Shown piece by piece: positions 10,209 to 17,325 of a DNA stretch of 64,000 bases. Under the pieces are notes generated by a model. It was not told the DNA's origin and ran no database searches. It saw only the letters and a program-made list of their open reading frames with translations. The DNA is from a bacterium (GTDB lineage Bacteria; Hydrothermota; Tepidihabitantia; SM23-42; JAOAFX01): the NCBI GenBank assembly GCA_036382775.1, contig DASVHD010000035.1:28804-92803 (forward strand). Direction: 5' to 3'. The translations under genes were made by a program, and so were the position numbers. Each line of letters begins with the position of its first letter. Positions within the stretch are counted from its first letter, which is position 1.

Positions 10209-10236
10209 ATTATAAGCACAATTTAAGTTTTGTCAA
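10209..10236 (-). promoter_or_regulatory. Near-consensus sigma70 promoter (minus strand) about 240 nt upstream of the lipoprotein gene
   Basis: On the minus strand, TTGACA lies at 10236-10231, followed by a 16-nt spacer and TATAAT at 10214-10209. Confidence 0.6.
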
Positions 10237-10263
10237 GAGGGCTTGGGGGGGCCCAATATTCTC

Positions 10264-10317
10264 CACCCCCTCCTTTTTCCTCCCCCCTCGAGGGGGAGGG
10301 CTAGGGTGGGGGGGGGA
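10264..10317. repeat. GC-rich two-tier palindromic element, family B, copy 1
   Basis: The sequence is caccccctcctttttCCTCCCCCctcgaGGGGGAGGgctagggtggggggggg. It is nearly identical to 15058-15108, ends in a G9 run, and lies just 3' of the helicase gene. Confidence 0.8.
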
Positions 10318-10348
10318 TTAAAAAAGAAGAGTCAACACTCATTCACTA

Positions 10349-12391
10349 CTATGTTTTTGCCGTAATATGCTCGATAACCGACTTCAGCAGTTCAGGATCG
10401 ATCTCCTTCATCCTGACTTTACGCAGGAATTCAAGCAGTCCGCTGATGTCCAGGTTTCTCCAGTGATCCTCGATCTGGTACTCGACCGGCAGGTCATAGA
10501 AAAAAGCGCCGCTGCCCAGGGCATCCTCAAATAGCATCGTCTTTTCGGCAAGTATCCTGCGGATCGTTTCTTCTTTGGGCACCGGGAAACCGCCGTCTTC
10601 CAGTTTGAAGCTATTTATGGTCAAAAGCTTTCCTTCGGCTTCGATCACGTCCTTGCCTTCGGCCATCAGCGCCTCCGCGATGAGGTAGCTGTACAGTGAT
10701 CCGATCACGTGAAAAATATGACTGTTCCTGCCGTCAAAGGCGAACGGGAATTCCATGGGCTCAAGGTCGGGAAAGATGTGCTGCTTGAGAACGACCGATA
10801 GCTGGTAACTGTAGTTCCCCGCGCCCTTACCCTCGAATATCTTCGTGACTGCCGGCGCGCTGCCCGCGTACCGCGCGTATACCTTTTTGTCCGCCTCGCT
10901 CACGCTGACCTTTTCCCAGCACTTACCTCCCAGGATGAACTTCTCCAGCACGTAATATATCCTTCCCACCAGCGCGCCCTGGGCGATATCGAACACATCG
11001 TATTCGCCGAAAGATTTCTCGTTGATATTAGAATGGATCTTGCCGTACGTGATCTTTTTCTCGATCGCGCTGGTCACGAAATAGATGCCGGGTCTGCCCT
11101 CTTTTACGACGCCGTCGCCCATCAGCTTGTAGAATATTTTCTTCACGGTCGGTTCATCGAAAAACCCACCCTGCGCTGGGTCGCATAGCACCTGGTTGAT
11201 GTTTTTAAGCGTCGTGCCGATGCGGCGCCGCTGGTATAGATATGAATAGATCTGCTGGGGTATCACCGACAGCAAAGGCCGGTATTGTCTCTCATAGAGC
11301 AGGCCGCTGCGCGCGCAGTTAAAAAAAACATCGAACAGGATCTGCTCCCAGGAATTAGTATAAGCGCCCAACGCGAAAAGCGTGTTGCTGCGCCGGTTCC
11401 CGCGGCCCACACGCTGGAGCAGCGACGATACCGTGTAAGGAGGCCGGTACAGCGCGACGCAGTCGATATCGCCGATATCGATCCCAAGTTCCAGCGTGGA
11501 GGTGGCAAGCAGCATTGCCCGGTCCGACTGGTTCATGGCCTTTTCCACCTCTTCGCGCCGCGGTTTGGGCAAACTCGCGTGGTGAACGAGCACTTTTCCG
11601 TCAAAAGGCGGCCGGTTCAGCTTCTGCGAGAACCCTTCGACAAAACTGCGCGCGTTAAAGAATACCAGGACCTTTTTCAACCCCCGTTCCTTGACCACTC
11701 CGAACAGTTCTGAAATGAACTTCAAAGCCGGCACGAGCTTATACTCAATCTCCCGCGGCATTTTCAACAGGCAAACTACCGGGTCTGGAAAATACCTCTC
11801 CCCCAGCCTGACATCGTCGATCGTCGCGGATAAGGCGCAGTAGCGGAGCCCGGACCTTACCCTGCGCAGGCGGTTCAGCAGCACTCTGAGCTGGTCCCCG
11901 CGCGGCGTGTTGTCCAGAAGATGGATCTCATCGAGGATAACGTATTTTAGCGCCTTGAATATCTCCGGATGGCGGCTCATCATTGAATCGAATGATTCGG
12001 GTGTAGTCAGTAATATTACCGGCAGGTCTGATGGATCGATACGCGGTCGGTCGCCGGTTTTCCGGCTGATGCTCTTGCCCAAATAAGAGACCGGATCTTC
12101 AAGCCGGCGGAACAGATCATTGACCAGCGCGCGTGTGGGCGATATGTATAGCACCTGGAGCGAAGGGTCCTTATCAGTGACGGTTTCCGCGATGATATTT
12201 TCCAGTACCGGCGCGATCACGGCTTCGGTCTTGCCGGTCGCCGCCGGTGAAATGACGACCGCGTTCTCGCCGGCCAGAATGCGCGGGATCGCCATTTCCT
12301 GGACCGCGGTGAAACTGCCGAACCGGCTGAAAAAAGGTGTCCAGGTCCTTTTAAGCGCGTTTTTTAATTCTTCCGGTGTCATCTTCTGCAC
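10349..12391 (-). CDS. SF2 DEAD/DEAH-box helicase, Lhr-like core with uncharacterised ~280-aa C-terminal region
   Basis: The motifs are Q-motif FTAVQEMAIP, motif I SPAATGKTEA, Ia YISPTRAL, II ILDEIH, III SAT, V ATSTLELGIDIG and VI QRVGRGNR. The likely true start is ATG 12382, which has GGAG about 8 nt upstream; GTG 12391 is the longest ORF. Confidence 0.85.
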   Translation of the reverse strand: MQKMTPEELKNALKRTWTPFFSRFGSFTAVQEMAIPRILAGENAVVISPAATGKTEAVIAPVLENIIAETVTDKDPSLQVLYISPTRALVNDLFRRLEDPVSYLGKSISRKTGDRPRIDPSDLPVILLTTPESFDSMMSRHPEIFKALKYVILDEIHLLDNTPRGDQLRVLLNRLRRVRSGLRYCALSATIDDVRLGERYFPDPVVCLLKMPREIEYKLVPALKFISELFGVVKERGLKKVLVFFNARSFVEGFSQKLNRPPFDGKVLVHHASLPKPRREEVEKAMNQSDRAMLLATSTLELGIDIGDIDCVALYRPPYTVSSLLQRVGRGNRRSNTLFALGAYTNSWEQILFDVFFNCARSGLLYERQYRPLLSVIPQQIYSYLYQRRRIGTTLKNINQVLCDPAQGGFFDEPTVKKIFYKLMGDGVVKEGRPGIYFVTSAIEKKITYGKIHSNINEKSFGEYDVFDIAQGALVGRIYYVLEKFILGGKCWEKVSVSEADKKVYARYAGSAPAVTKIFEGKGAGNYSYQLSVVLKQHIFPDLEPMEFPFAFDGRNSHIFHVIGSLYSYLIAEALMAEGKDVIEAEGKLLTINSFKLEDGGFPVPKEETIRRILAEKTMLFEDALGSGAFFYDLPVEYQIEDHWRNLDISGLLEFLRKVRMKEIDPELLKSVIEHITAKT

Positions 12392-12409
12392 TCTCCGCGC
12401 ATTTTTTTC

Positions 12410-12484
12410 TCTGCGTCCTCTGCGGTGTTATTATTCTGCGTTCTTTGCGTTCTTTTATTTCTGCGGCTTCTGCGTATCTTTATT
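12410..12484. repeat. Degenerate 25-bp tandem repeat x3 at the ATPase B / helicase junction
   Basis: The units start at 12410, 12435 and 12460 and each begins TCTGCGnnnTnTGCG. They span the ATPase B stop (12455-12457) and most of the intergenic spacer. Confidence 0.8.
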
Positions 12485-13771
12485 AAACCTCACCCAGTCG
12501 AACGCCTCGACCGAGAATTTTATGAACTCGCGCAGTTCTTCCTTGTTGATCTTCAGGGCCGAATTCAGAATCGAATCGCTGGTCGGCGGATCGATCTTGA
12601 AAGCCCGGTAGGCGCACTGGTAAACCTTGAGCAGGTTATCGAATAATAATTCGCATTCAAGCCGGCTGAACTTTCTAAGCTGAATGATGTTTCCGGGACC
12701 AGCCCCTTGGGCAAGCCGGTTGGGTTCCTGGGGCGTGGTCGCGAGTACCAGGAACAAGTGCGCGTCTTTGTACAGGTACGGGGTCGGCCTGACCTGGTTA
12801 TGGATCAGATTGCCGTTCACCTTTTTTAGCTGGGCATCGTTGCGCGCGACGCCGATCAATCCCTGCAGAAAATTCATGCCGCGTTCCTTCAAATAATATT
12901 CCCAGACATGGTTTATTTCTTCCGCTTCATCAATGATTATGACCAGCCCGCCCAGACCCGCCGCATGGATCGCGTAGCTCAAGCCACTGAGGATATAGCA
13001 GTAGAAATCGGCTGCGGTCGAAAAATCATACAAAGCCGGAATGACCTGGCCACCCCGAACCCGGAACGGCGCCGAGCGGTCGGTTGCGTAGTTCTTGGTC
13101 GATTCGCCTTCGATCCACTGCCAGAAAACCTCGTTCTTGACTCCGGCATCGTCCCCTTCCATGTCCCTGACCCGCTTCAACACCGGCGTCAGGAAACAGT
13201 GATCATTGATCTCGACCGACGCCAGTTCGGCAAGCAGGTCGCGGAATCCGCGTTCATAGCCATCCTTGATATATCTGAGATTGTAGACCAACTCATGATA
13301 GACCTTTTTAGGCCGGTATGGAGGGGTCTCCTGGACGTGCAGTTCGCAGATCGTCGTGACGAGCCCCTGCCTGAGCGCCTGGTGCCGGATAAATTCAAGG
13401 AGGTGCGATTTTCCGGCGCCGTAGACCCCTTCGATCATGCACAGATCTCCCTGTCCCTGCTTGAGGTCGTCCAGGTGTCTTTGAAGGGTCCGCAATTCTA
13501 TGTCCCGGCCGAACGTGAAATATTCGATATCCTGGTGGGGAACCACGCCCATGCGAAAGGCCTCGAGGATCCGCTTCGATGATATCTCGTCAAGCTGGAT
13601 GTCCTTGTTTGTAATCGAGAGCGGCTTGAGCCATTTCGTGGGCAGCCACAGGCACAGACCGCTCCGAAATTTCACGCGGGACTGGACGCCGTCCCACCGC
13701 GTCTCCAAGACCAGTCCTTCGCCGAATATGTTGTGGGCTACGACGTGGCGGCTAGAATTCTTCTCGCTCAA
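12455..13771 (-). CDS. P-loop ATPase B, DUF2791 / BrxC-BrxD-like (BREX ATP-binding family-like), with small N-terminal beta-rich module
   Basis: It has Walker A GVYGAGKSHLLEF, Walker B LVIIIDEAEE and the pre-P-loop motif RMGVVPHQDIEYFTFGRD. The start is TTG and overlaps the upstream ATPase gene by 20 nt. The family call is from memory of motif and size and was not searched. Confidence 0.7.
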   Translation of the reverse strand: MSEKNSSRHVVAHNIFGEGLVLETRWDGVQSRVKFRSGLCLWLPTKWLKPLSITNKDIQLDEISSKRILEAFRMGVVPHQDIEYFTFGRDIELRTLQRHLDDLKQGQGDLCMIEGVYGAGKSHLLEFIRHQALRQGLVTTICELHVQETPPYRPKKVYHELVYNLRYIKDGYERGFRDLLAELASVEINDHCFLTPVLKRVRDMEGDDAGVKNEVFWQWIEGESTKNYATDRSAPFRVRGGQVIPALYDFSTAADFYCYILSGLSYAIHAAGLGGLVIIIDEAEEINHVWEYYLKERGMNFLQGLIGVARNDAQLKKVNGNLIHNQVRPTPYLYKDAHLFLVLATTPQEPNRLAQGAGPGNIIQLRKFSRLECELLFDNLLKVYQCAYRAFKIDPPTSDSILNSALKINKEELREFIKFSVEAFDWVRFNKDTQKPQK

Positions 13772-15008
13772 CTTCTTCCTTTTCTTTGTCAGTCAACATT
13801 TTAGTCGTGCTGCGCATCATGACGCGGCTGGCGTTCTTGTCGATCTCGGCATTCGTCTCCCGGATCTTCAAGAACGCGTCGATGATGGTAACCACGAAGA
13901 TCCGGCGGTAACTGATGTCCAGGACCTGCAGTTCGAGTGCCGCCTGGACCATGTTGTGAACGGAATTGGACAGCACGGTTTCATCGAAAGTATATGCATA
14001 GGCTTTTTCGAAGATCGTCTTGAGTTTCATGCTCAAATTCCTCAGGAACGCTTCGGCGGGCATGCCGATCTCTTCCAGGTTCACCTTCACGCCCATGGGG
14101 TTGACCTTGGTAAAGCTGCTGCGCAGGCGCTGTTTCAATGCTTCGTAAACCCCGCCGCTTCCTTCCAGGAGAAGGTTCTCGTCCGGGACCGCGTAGAAGA
14201 ACATGGCGCCGGGCAGGCGCGAATTGCCGCACTCATCGACGATCTGCCGCAGGTTATCCAGAGCGCGCCGCTTGTCCTTTGCCGACGAGATGCTCATGCC
14301 CCGTTCTGCCTCGTCGAACAGGAAGATCAAACCGCTGAACCCGAGCACGTTCACGAGCTGGATCAGGCTCCTGAGCATGCGGAACGCGCTCGTGCGGTCG
14401 ATGCGCTCCGAGATCCGGTGCTGAAGCTTTAGTTCGCGCGGGATATCTTCGCCCTTGAGCCACTGTACAAGCGCGCTGAATCCTTCCTCGTCATCGCTGT
14501 CGAGATTGAGCAGCGCGGCTTTGACCGCGTTGGTGAAGCTCGTGCTCTCCAGATTTTTAACGAACGACAGAAACTTCCGGTCGTCCCGAACGCGCTGGTG
14601 CCACTTTCTCAGCAGCACCTCGATGCCGGTCTCCCAGGGTTTAAGCAATTCCTCGGTCTTCAGGGGAAGCGTGATGTTCGCCACGATCTTTTTGTATACC
14701 AGTTCCAGACGGTCGAACGGGCACTCGGTCGCGCTCAGGCTGACATAGCTGGTCACGTAATTGTGCTTCCAGGCGAGGTCGCGCATTAAATAAAGGAAAT
14801 GCGTCTTCCCCCCGCCGTAATTGCCAGTAATGAGTTTGAACGAAGACAGGTTGCACTTCAGGATCCCGTCTAAGTATTCCGTTTCCATGGCCTTGAGATA
14901 CTGCTCGAGGCCGACGCTGAAGTGCTGGATGCCGAATTCGGGCGGCGTGCCAAAGCTTCCGAGCTTATGGATAATGGCTTTTGCGAGAATGGGATCTAAC
15001 TGGTCCAT
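13752..15008 (-). CDS. P-loop ATPase A, paralog of ATPase B (DUF2791 / BrxD-like)
   Basis: It has Walker A GNYGGGKTHFLYL, Walker B LIFLFDEAERG and the pre-P-loop motif FGTPPEFGIQHFSVGLE, which parallels ATPase B. An SD (GAGGTG) lies 5 nt before the ATG. Confidence 0.7.
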   Translation of the reverse strand: MDQLDPILAKAIIHKLGSFGTPPEFGIQHFSVGLEQYLKAMETEYLDGILKCNLSSFKLITGNYGGGKTHFLYLMRDLAWKHNYVTSYVSLSATECPFDRLELVYKKIVANITLPLKTEELLKPWETGIEVLLRKWHQRVRDDRKFLSFVKNLESTSFTNAVKAALLNLDSDDEEGFSALVQWLKGEDIPRELKLQHRISERIDRTSAFRMLRSLIQLVNVLGFSGLIFLFDEAERGMSISSAKDKRRALDNLRQIVDECGNSRLPGAMFFYAVPDENLLLEGSGGVYEALKQRLRSSFTKVNPMGVKVNLEEIGMPAEAFLRNLSMKLKTIFEKAYAYTFDETVLSNSVHNMVQAALELQVLDISYRRIFVVTIIDAFLKIRETNAEIDKNASRVMMRSTTKMLTDKEKEEVEREEF

Positions 15009-15025
15009 TCAATCACCTCAATGTC

Positions 15026-15214
15026 GTCATTGCGAGCACTCTTTGTGCGCAACCTTACACCCCCTCGTTTTTCCTCCCCCCTCGAGGGGGAGGGTAAGGT
15101 GGGGGGGGAATATCTGGAGTCCCGAGGAACGAGGGGAAGCAATCTCATCTGGTGTCTTTTCCTTCCATAGATTGCTTCGTCTCCCTCGATAATCTCGGGA
15201 TTCCTCGCAATGAC
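15026..15214. mobile_element. Composite nested MITE-like element (family C termini enclosing a family B hairpin)
   Basis: The terminal inverted repeats are GTCATTGCGAG (15026-15036) and CTCGCAATGAC (15204-15214). Inside are a family B copy at 15058-15108 and a second inverted pair, gaagcaatct / agattgcttc. Confidence 0.75.
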
Positions 15215-15228
15215 AAGAAAATGAACGT

Positions 15229-16059
15229 TCATAAGAAAGAAATATACGAATAGTACGTACCGTCTCCCTCGTCATTGTCCGGCACCCAGAGTGCGCTTTT
15301 TCTTTCTGTGGTCGCGTCAAAGGTCGCGACGTAAAAACGGATACCTTTGTCGGCAATGCCTGATTTTCTTAAAAGATAGAACATGTAACTCAGCGTATTC
15401 CGCGGGTACTCGCGGAAGTGCTCCTTGCGCGGGTCTTCGAAGAATTTTTCCGGCTGTTGTAAAAGCACGTACCCGTGCAGGACATCCACGATCAGCATTT
15501 TGTCGCCCATGTTCTTACCGGCATACGCTAATCTCTTTTTATAAGCCGTTAAAAGGCCGTTATAAAACTCCTGCCCATCGAATTTTTTAGGAATCAAGGT
15601 ATTGTGGTATTTCTTGACCGCCTCGTAGACTGACTGGGGTTGTAACGGAATCTTACCCTTGATCTTTTCCACCTCGGGTCCGAAAAACAGCTCGGCTTCG
15701 CCGAACTCAAAATTGATCACCAGCGTAAAGATCGCAATGCGCAATTTAGGATACTGGCCACGGACCGCAATGTTGTCTTTTTTGAACATCTCCTTTAATT
15801 TCTCACCGAATTCGAACTTGAAGTCGTCCTTATGCTTTTGTTGTTCCTTGTTTTCGTTTGAATACCAGGTTTTCAGGTCGGCTTTGAGCTGGCTATCCGG
15901 AATTTCGGCAAAAAGCTTCGATATTTCGGCGATTTTCTTCTCGCGCAGGTAGACATTGTCGACTGGCTTTTCCATCAGTTTGGAGTATGAATTGAGCAGT
16001 TTGGTCAGTTTGTTACAATCCCTGGATAATTTCTTTAATTCCTCCAAAATTTCTTTCAT
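15229..16059 (-). CDS. Hypothetical protein, 276 aa, no recognisable family (Lys/Glu-rich helical N-terminus)
   Basis: It is a long ORF with sensible composition, visibly more AT-rich than neighbouring genes, and has no motif I can assign. It is the first gene of the co-directional array. Confidence 0.6.
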   Translation of the reverse strand: MKEILEELKKLSRDCNKLTKLLNSYSKLMEKPVDNVYLREKKIAEISKLFAEIPDSQLKADLKTWYSNENKEQQKHKDDFKFEFGEKLKEMFKKDNIAVRGQYPKLRIAIFTLVINFEFGEAELFFGPEVEKIKGKIPLQPQSVYEAVKKYHNTLIPKKFDGQEFYNGLLTAYKKRLAYAGKNMGDKMLIVDVLHGYVLLQQPEKFFEDPRKEHFREYPRNTLSYMFYLLRKSGIADKGIRFYVATFDATTERKSALWVPDNDEGDGTYYSYISFL

Positions 16060-16064
16060 CCAGT

Positions 16065-16093
16065 ATTATACTTTAAAAGTGATTCATAGTCAA
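16065..16093 (-). promoter_or_regulatory. Consensus sigma70 promoter abutting the 276-aa ORF start (candidate leaderless transcript)
   Basis: On the minus strand, TTGACT lies at 16093-16088, followed by a 17-nt spacer and TATAAT at 16070-16065. Only 5 nt (ACTGG) separate the -10 from the ATG at 16059, and there is no SD. Confidence 0.6.
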
Positions 16094-16164
16094 TTACTCA
16101 TAAGATTACGGTGATAATAAAAAGATGCCGATGATACCCCCTCAGTCGATAGGTGACCGCACAA

Positions 16165-16205
16165 CCTCTCCCCTCCCTAGATGGGAGGGGATAAAGGGGA
16201 GGGTG
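16165..16205. repeat. Family B-like GC-rich hairpin element, degenerate copy 3
   Basis: It has a perfect 9-bp stem, tcccctccc (16169-16177) / gggagggga (16183-16191), with flanking cctc/gagggtg arms. Confidence 0.6.
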
Positions 16206-16214
16206 AAACAAAGA

Positions 16215-16303
16215 TGTCATTCCCGTCCCATATCTATATACAGGACAGATTCCAACGGGAATCCAAGAAAATACTGGATACCCGCCTGCGCGGGTATGAC
16301 ACA
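16215..16303 (-). mobile_element. MITE/REP-like element, family A, copy 2 (inverted relative to copy 1)
   Basis: Its ends are TGTCATTCCCG (16215-16225) and CGGGTATGACACA (16291-16303). The segment 16275-16303 is the exact reverse complement of 8953-8981, and it shares the internal block tggattcccgtt. Confidence 0.75.
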
Positions 16304-16312
16304 ACCCAAAGA

Positions 16313-17296
16313 CTAAAAAGTGTACGTCAACGACAGTTTTCGGTTTTGGGTTTCAAAATCAAATACATCCTCATCGATCCCGATATCTATCTCCAGATTC
16401 AGCACCTTGATCCCTCCGCCAAATGTCCATCCAATACGTTGTCCTTCATAGTCATAGAAATAACCGGTGCGCAGGGAAAGCATTTTAAAATAATTAACTT
16501 CCAAACCTATCGCTTTCCAAGCTTCTTTGAATTCATATTTCAGGTTCTCTCCAAAACTGTTGTTAGAATTAGCAAACATCCCAACGAGAATCTTGGTCAT
16601 TTCGGTTGATAAGGTTATTGATAAATATTCAGACTCATACAGCTTACCGGCTAAACCTAACCTGCTTAAAAGCGGCAACGGATCGCTCGAGCCGGATTCG
16701 GTATATGATATATCAGGACCAAGATTATGAAAAACTAACCCCATGGACAAATACGGTTTGATCTTATAAAGAATATTGAAATCAAACGCAAATGATGTAC
16801 CTGTACCGCCTGATTCGATCCCGAGCTCCGGCATTTTAGCTATTACCCAATCTGCCATCAGGTGATCATAAATTAATTTGCATCCTAACCCCGTTGATAT
16901 ATTTTCTGAAAATTTCCGGGCATAATTCACCTTGAGTGTAATACGATAACTGAAATATCCATCATATTCAGGCATATACATAGATCGGTATCCTGTATCA
17001 AAATAGATAATATCAAAGCCAATTGCGGACTTTGTATCCAGACGCTTAACCCATGCGATATAAATATGTTTCATCCCATCATGCAAACCAGGCAAATAGC
17101 TTGAGTAATTAACAGTTCCTGACCATCTGTCAATGAACGCCAGGCCGGCCGCGTTGTAGTAGTTCGCCGAAGCGTCGTCCGCGATCGCGGTCCAAGCGTA
17201 AGCCATGCCCGTGGCTTTGGCTGAGGGCGGAATCAACATAAAGCAGGCGCCCGGTCTTTGCGCCGAGATCAGTAATACAAGAAACAGACTGGCCAT
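16313..17296 (-). CDS. Outer-membrane beta-barrel protein, PorV/PorQ-family-like
   Basis: It has a signal peptide, the N-terminal motif GMAYAWTAIADDASANYYNAAGLAF typical of PorV/PorQ-type porins, alternating beta-strand pattern and a C-terminal aromatic residue (TYTF). The ATG at 17296 has SD GGAGGT. The longest ORF extends to GTG 17311. Confidence 0.6.
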   Translation of the reverse strand: MASLFLVLLISAQRPGACFMLIPPSAKATGMAYAWTAIADDASANYYNAAGLAFIDRWSGTVNYSSYLPGLHDGMKHIYIAWVKRLDTKSAIGFDIIYFDTGYRSMYMPEYDGYFSYRITLKVNYARKFSENISTGLGCKLIYDHLMADWVIAKMPELGIESGGTGTSFAFDFNILYKIKPYLSMGLVFHNLGPDISYTESGSSDPLPLLSRLGLAGKLYESEYLSITLSTEMTKILVGMFANSNNSFGENLKYEFKEAWKAIGLEVNYFKMLSLRTGYFYDYEGQRIGWTFGGGIKVLNLEIDIGIDEDVFDFETQNRKLSLTYTF

Positions 17297-17325
17297 TTGT
17301 ACCTCCAACACAATCTTGCTATGTA

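Noticed and set aside
10245-10316. Poly-G tracts (G7 at 10245-10251, G9 at 10308-10316; G8 at 15101-15108) as phase-variation switches.
   Set aside because: They lie outside the -35/-10 spacer and outside coding sequence, so a length change would not obviously switch expression. They are kept only as a note under the family B repeats.
12410-12484. Possible mini-CRISPR, because of regularly spaced short repeats.
   Set aside because: The units are contiguous 25-bp tandem copies with no unique spacers. They are degenerate, partly inside a CDS, and no cas genes are present.
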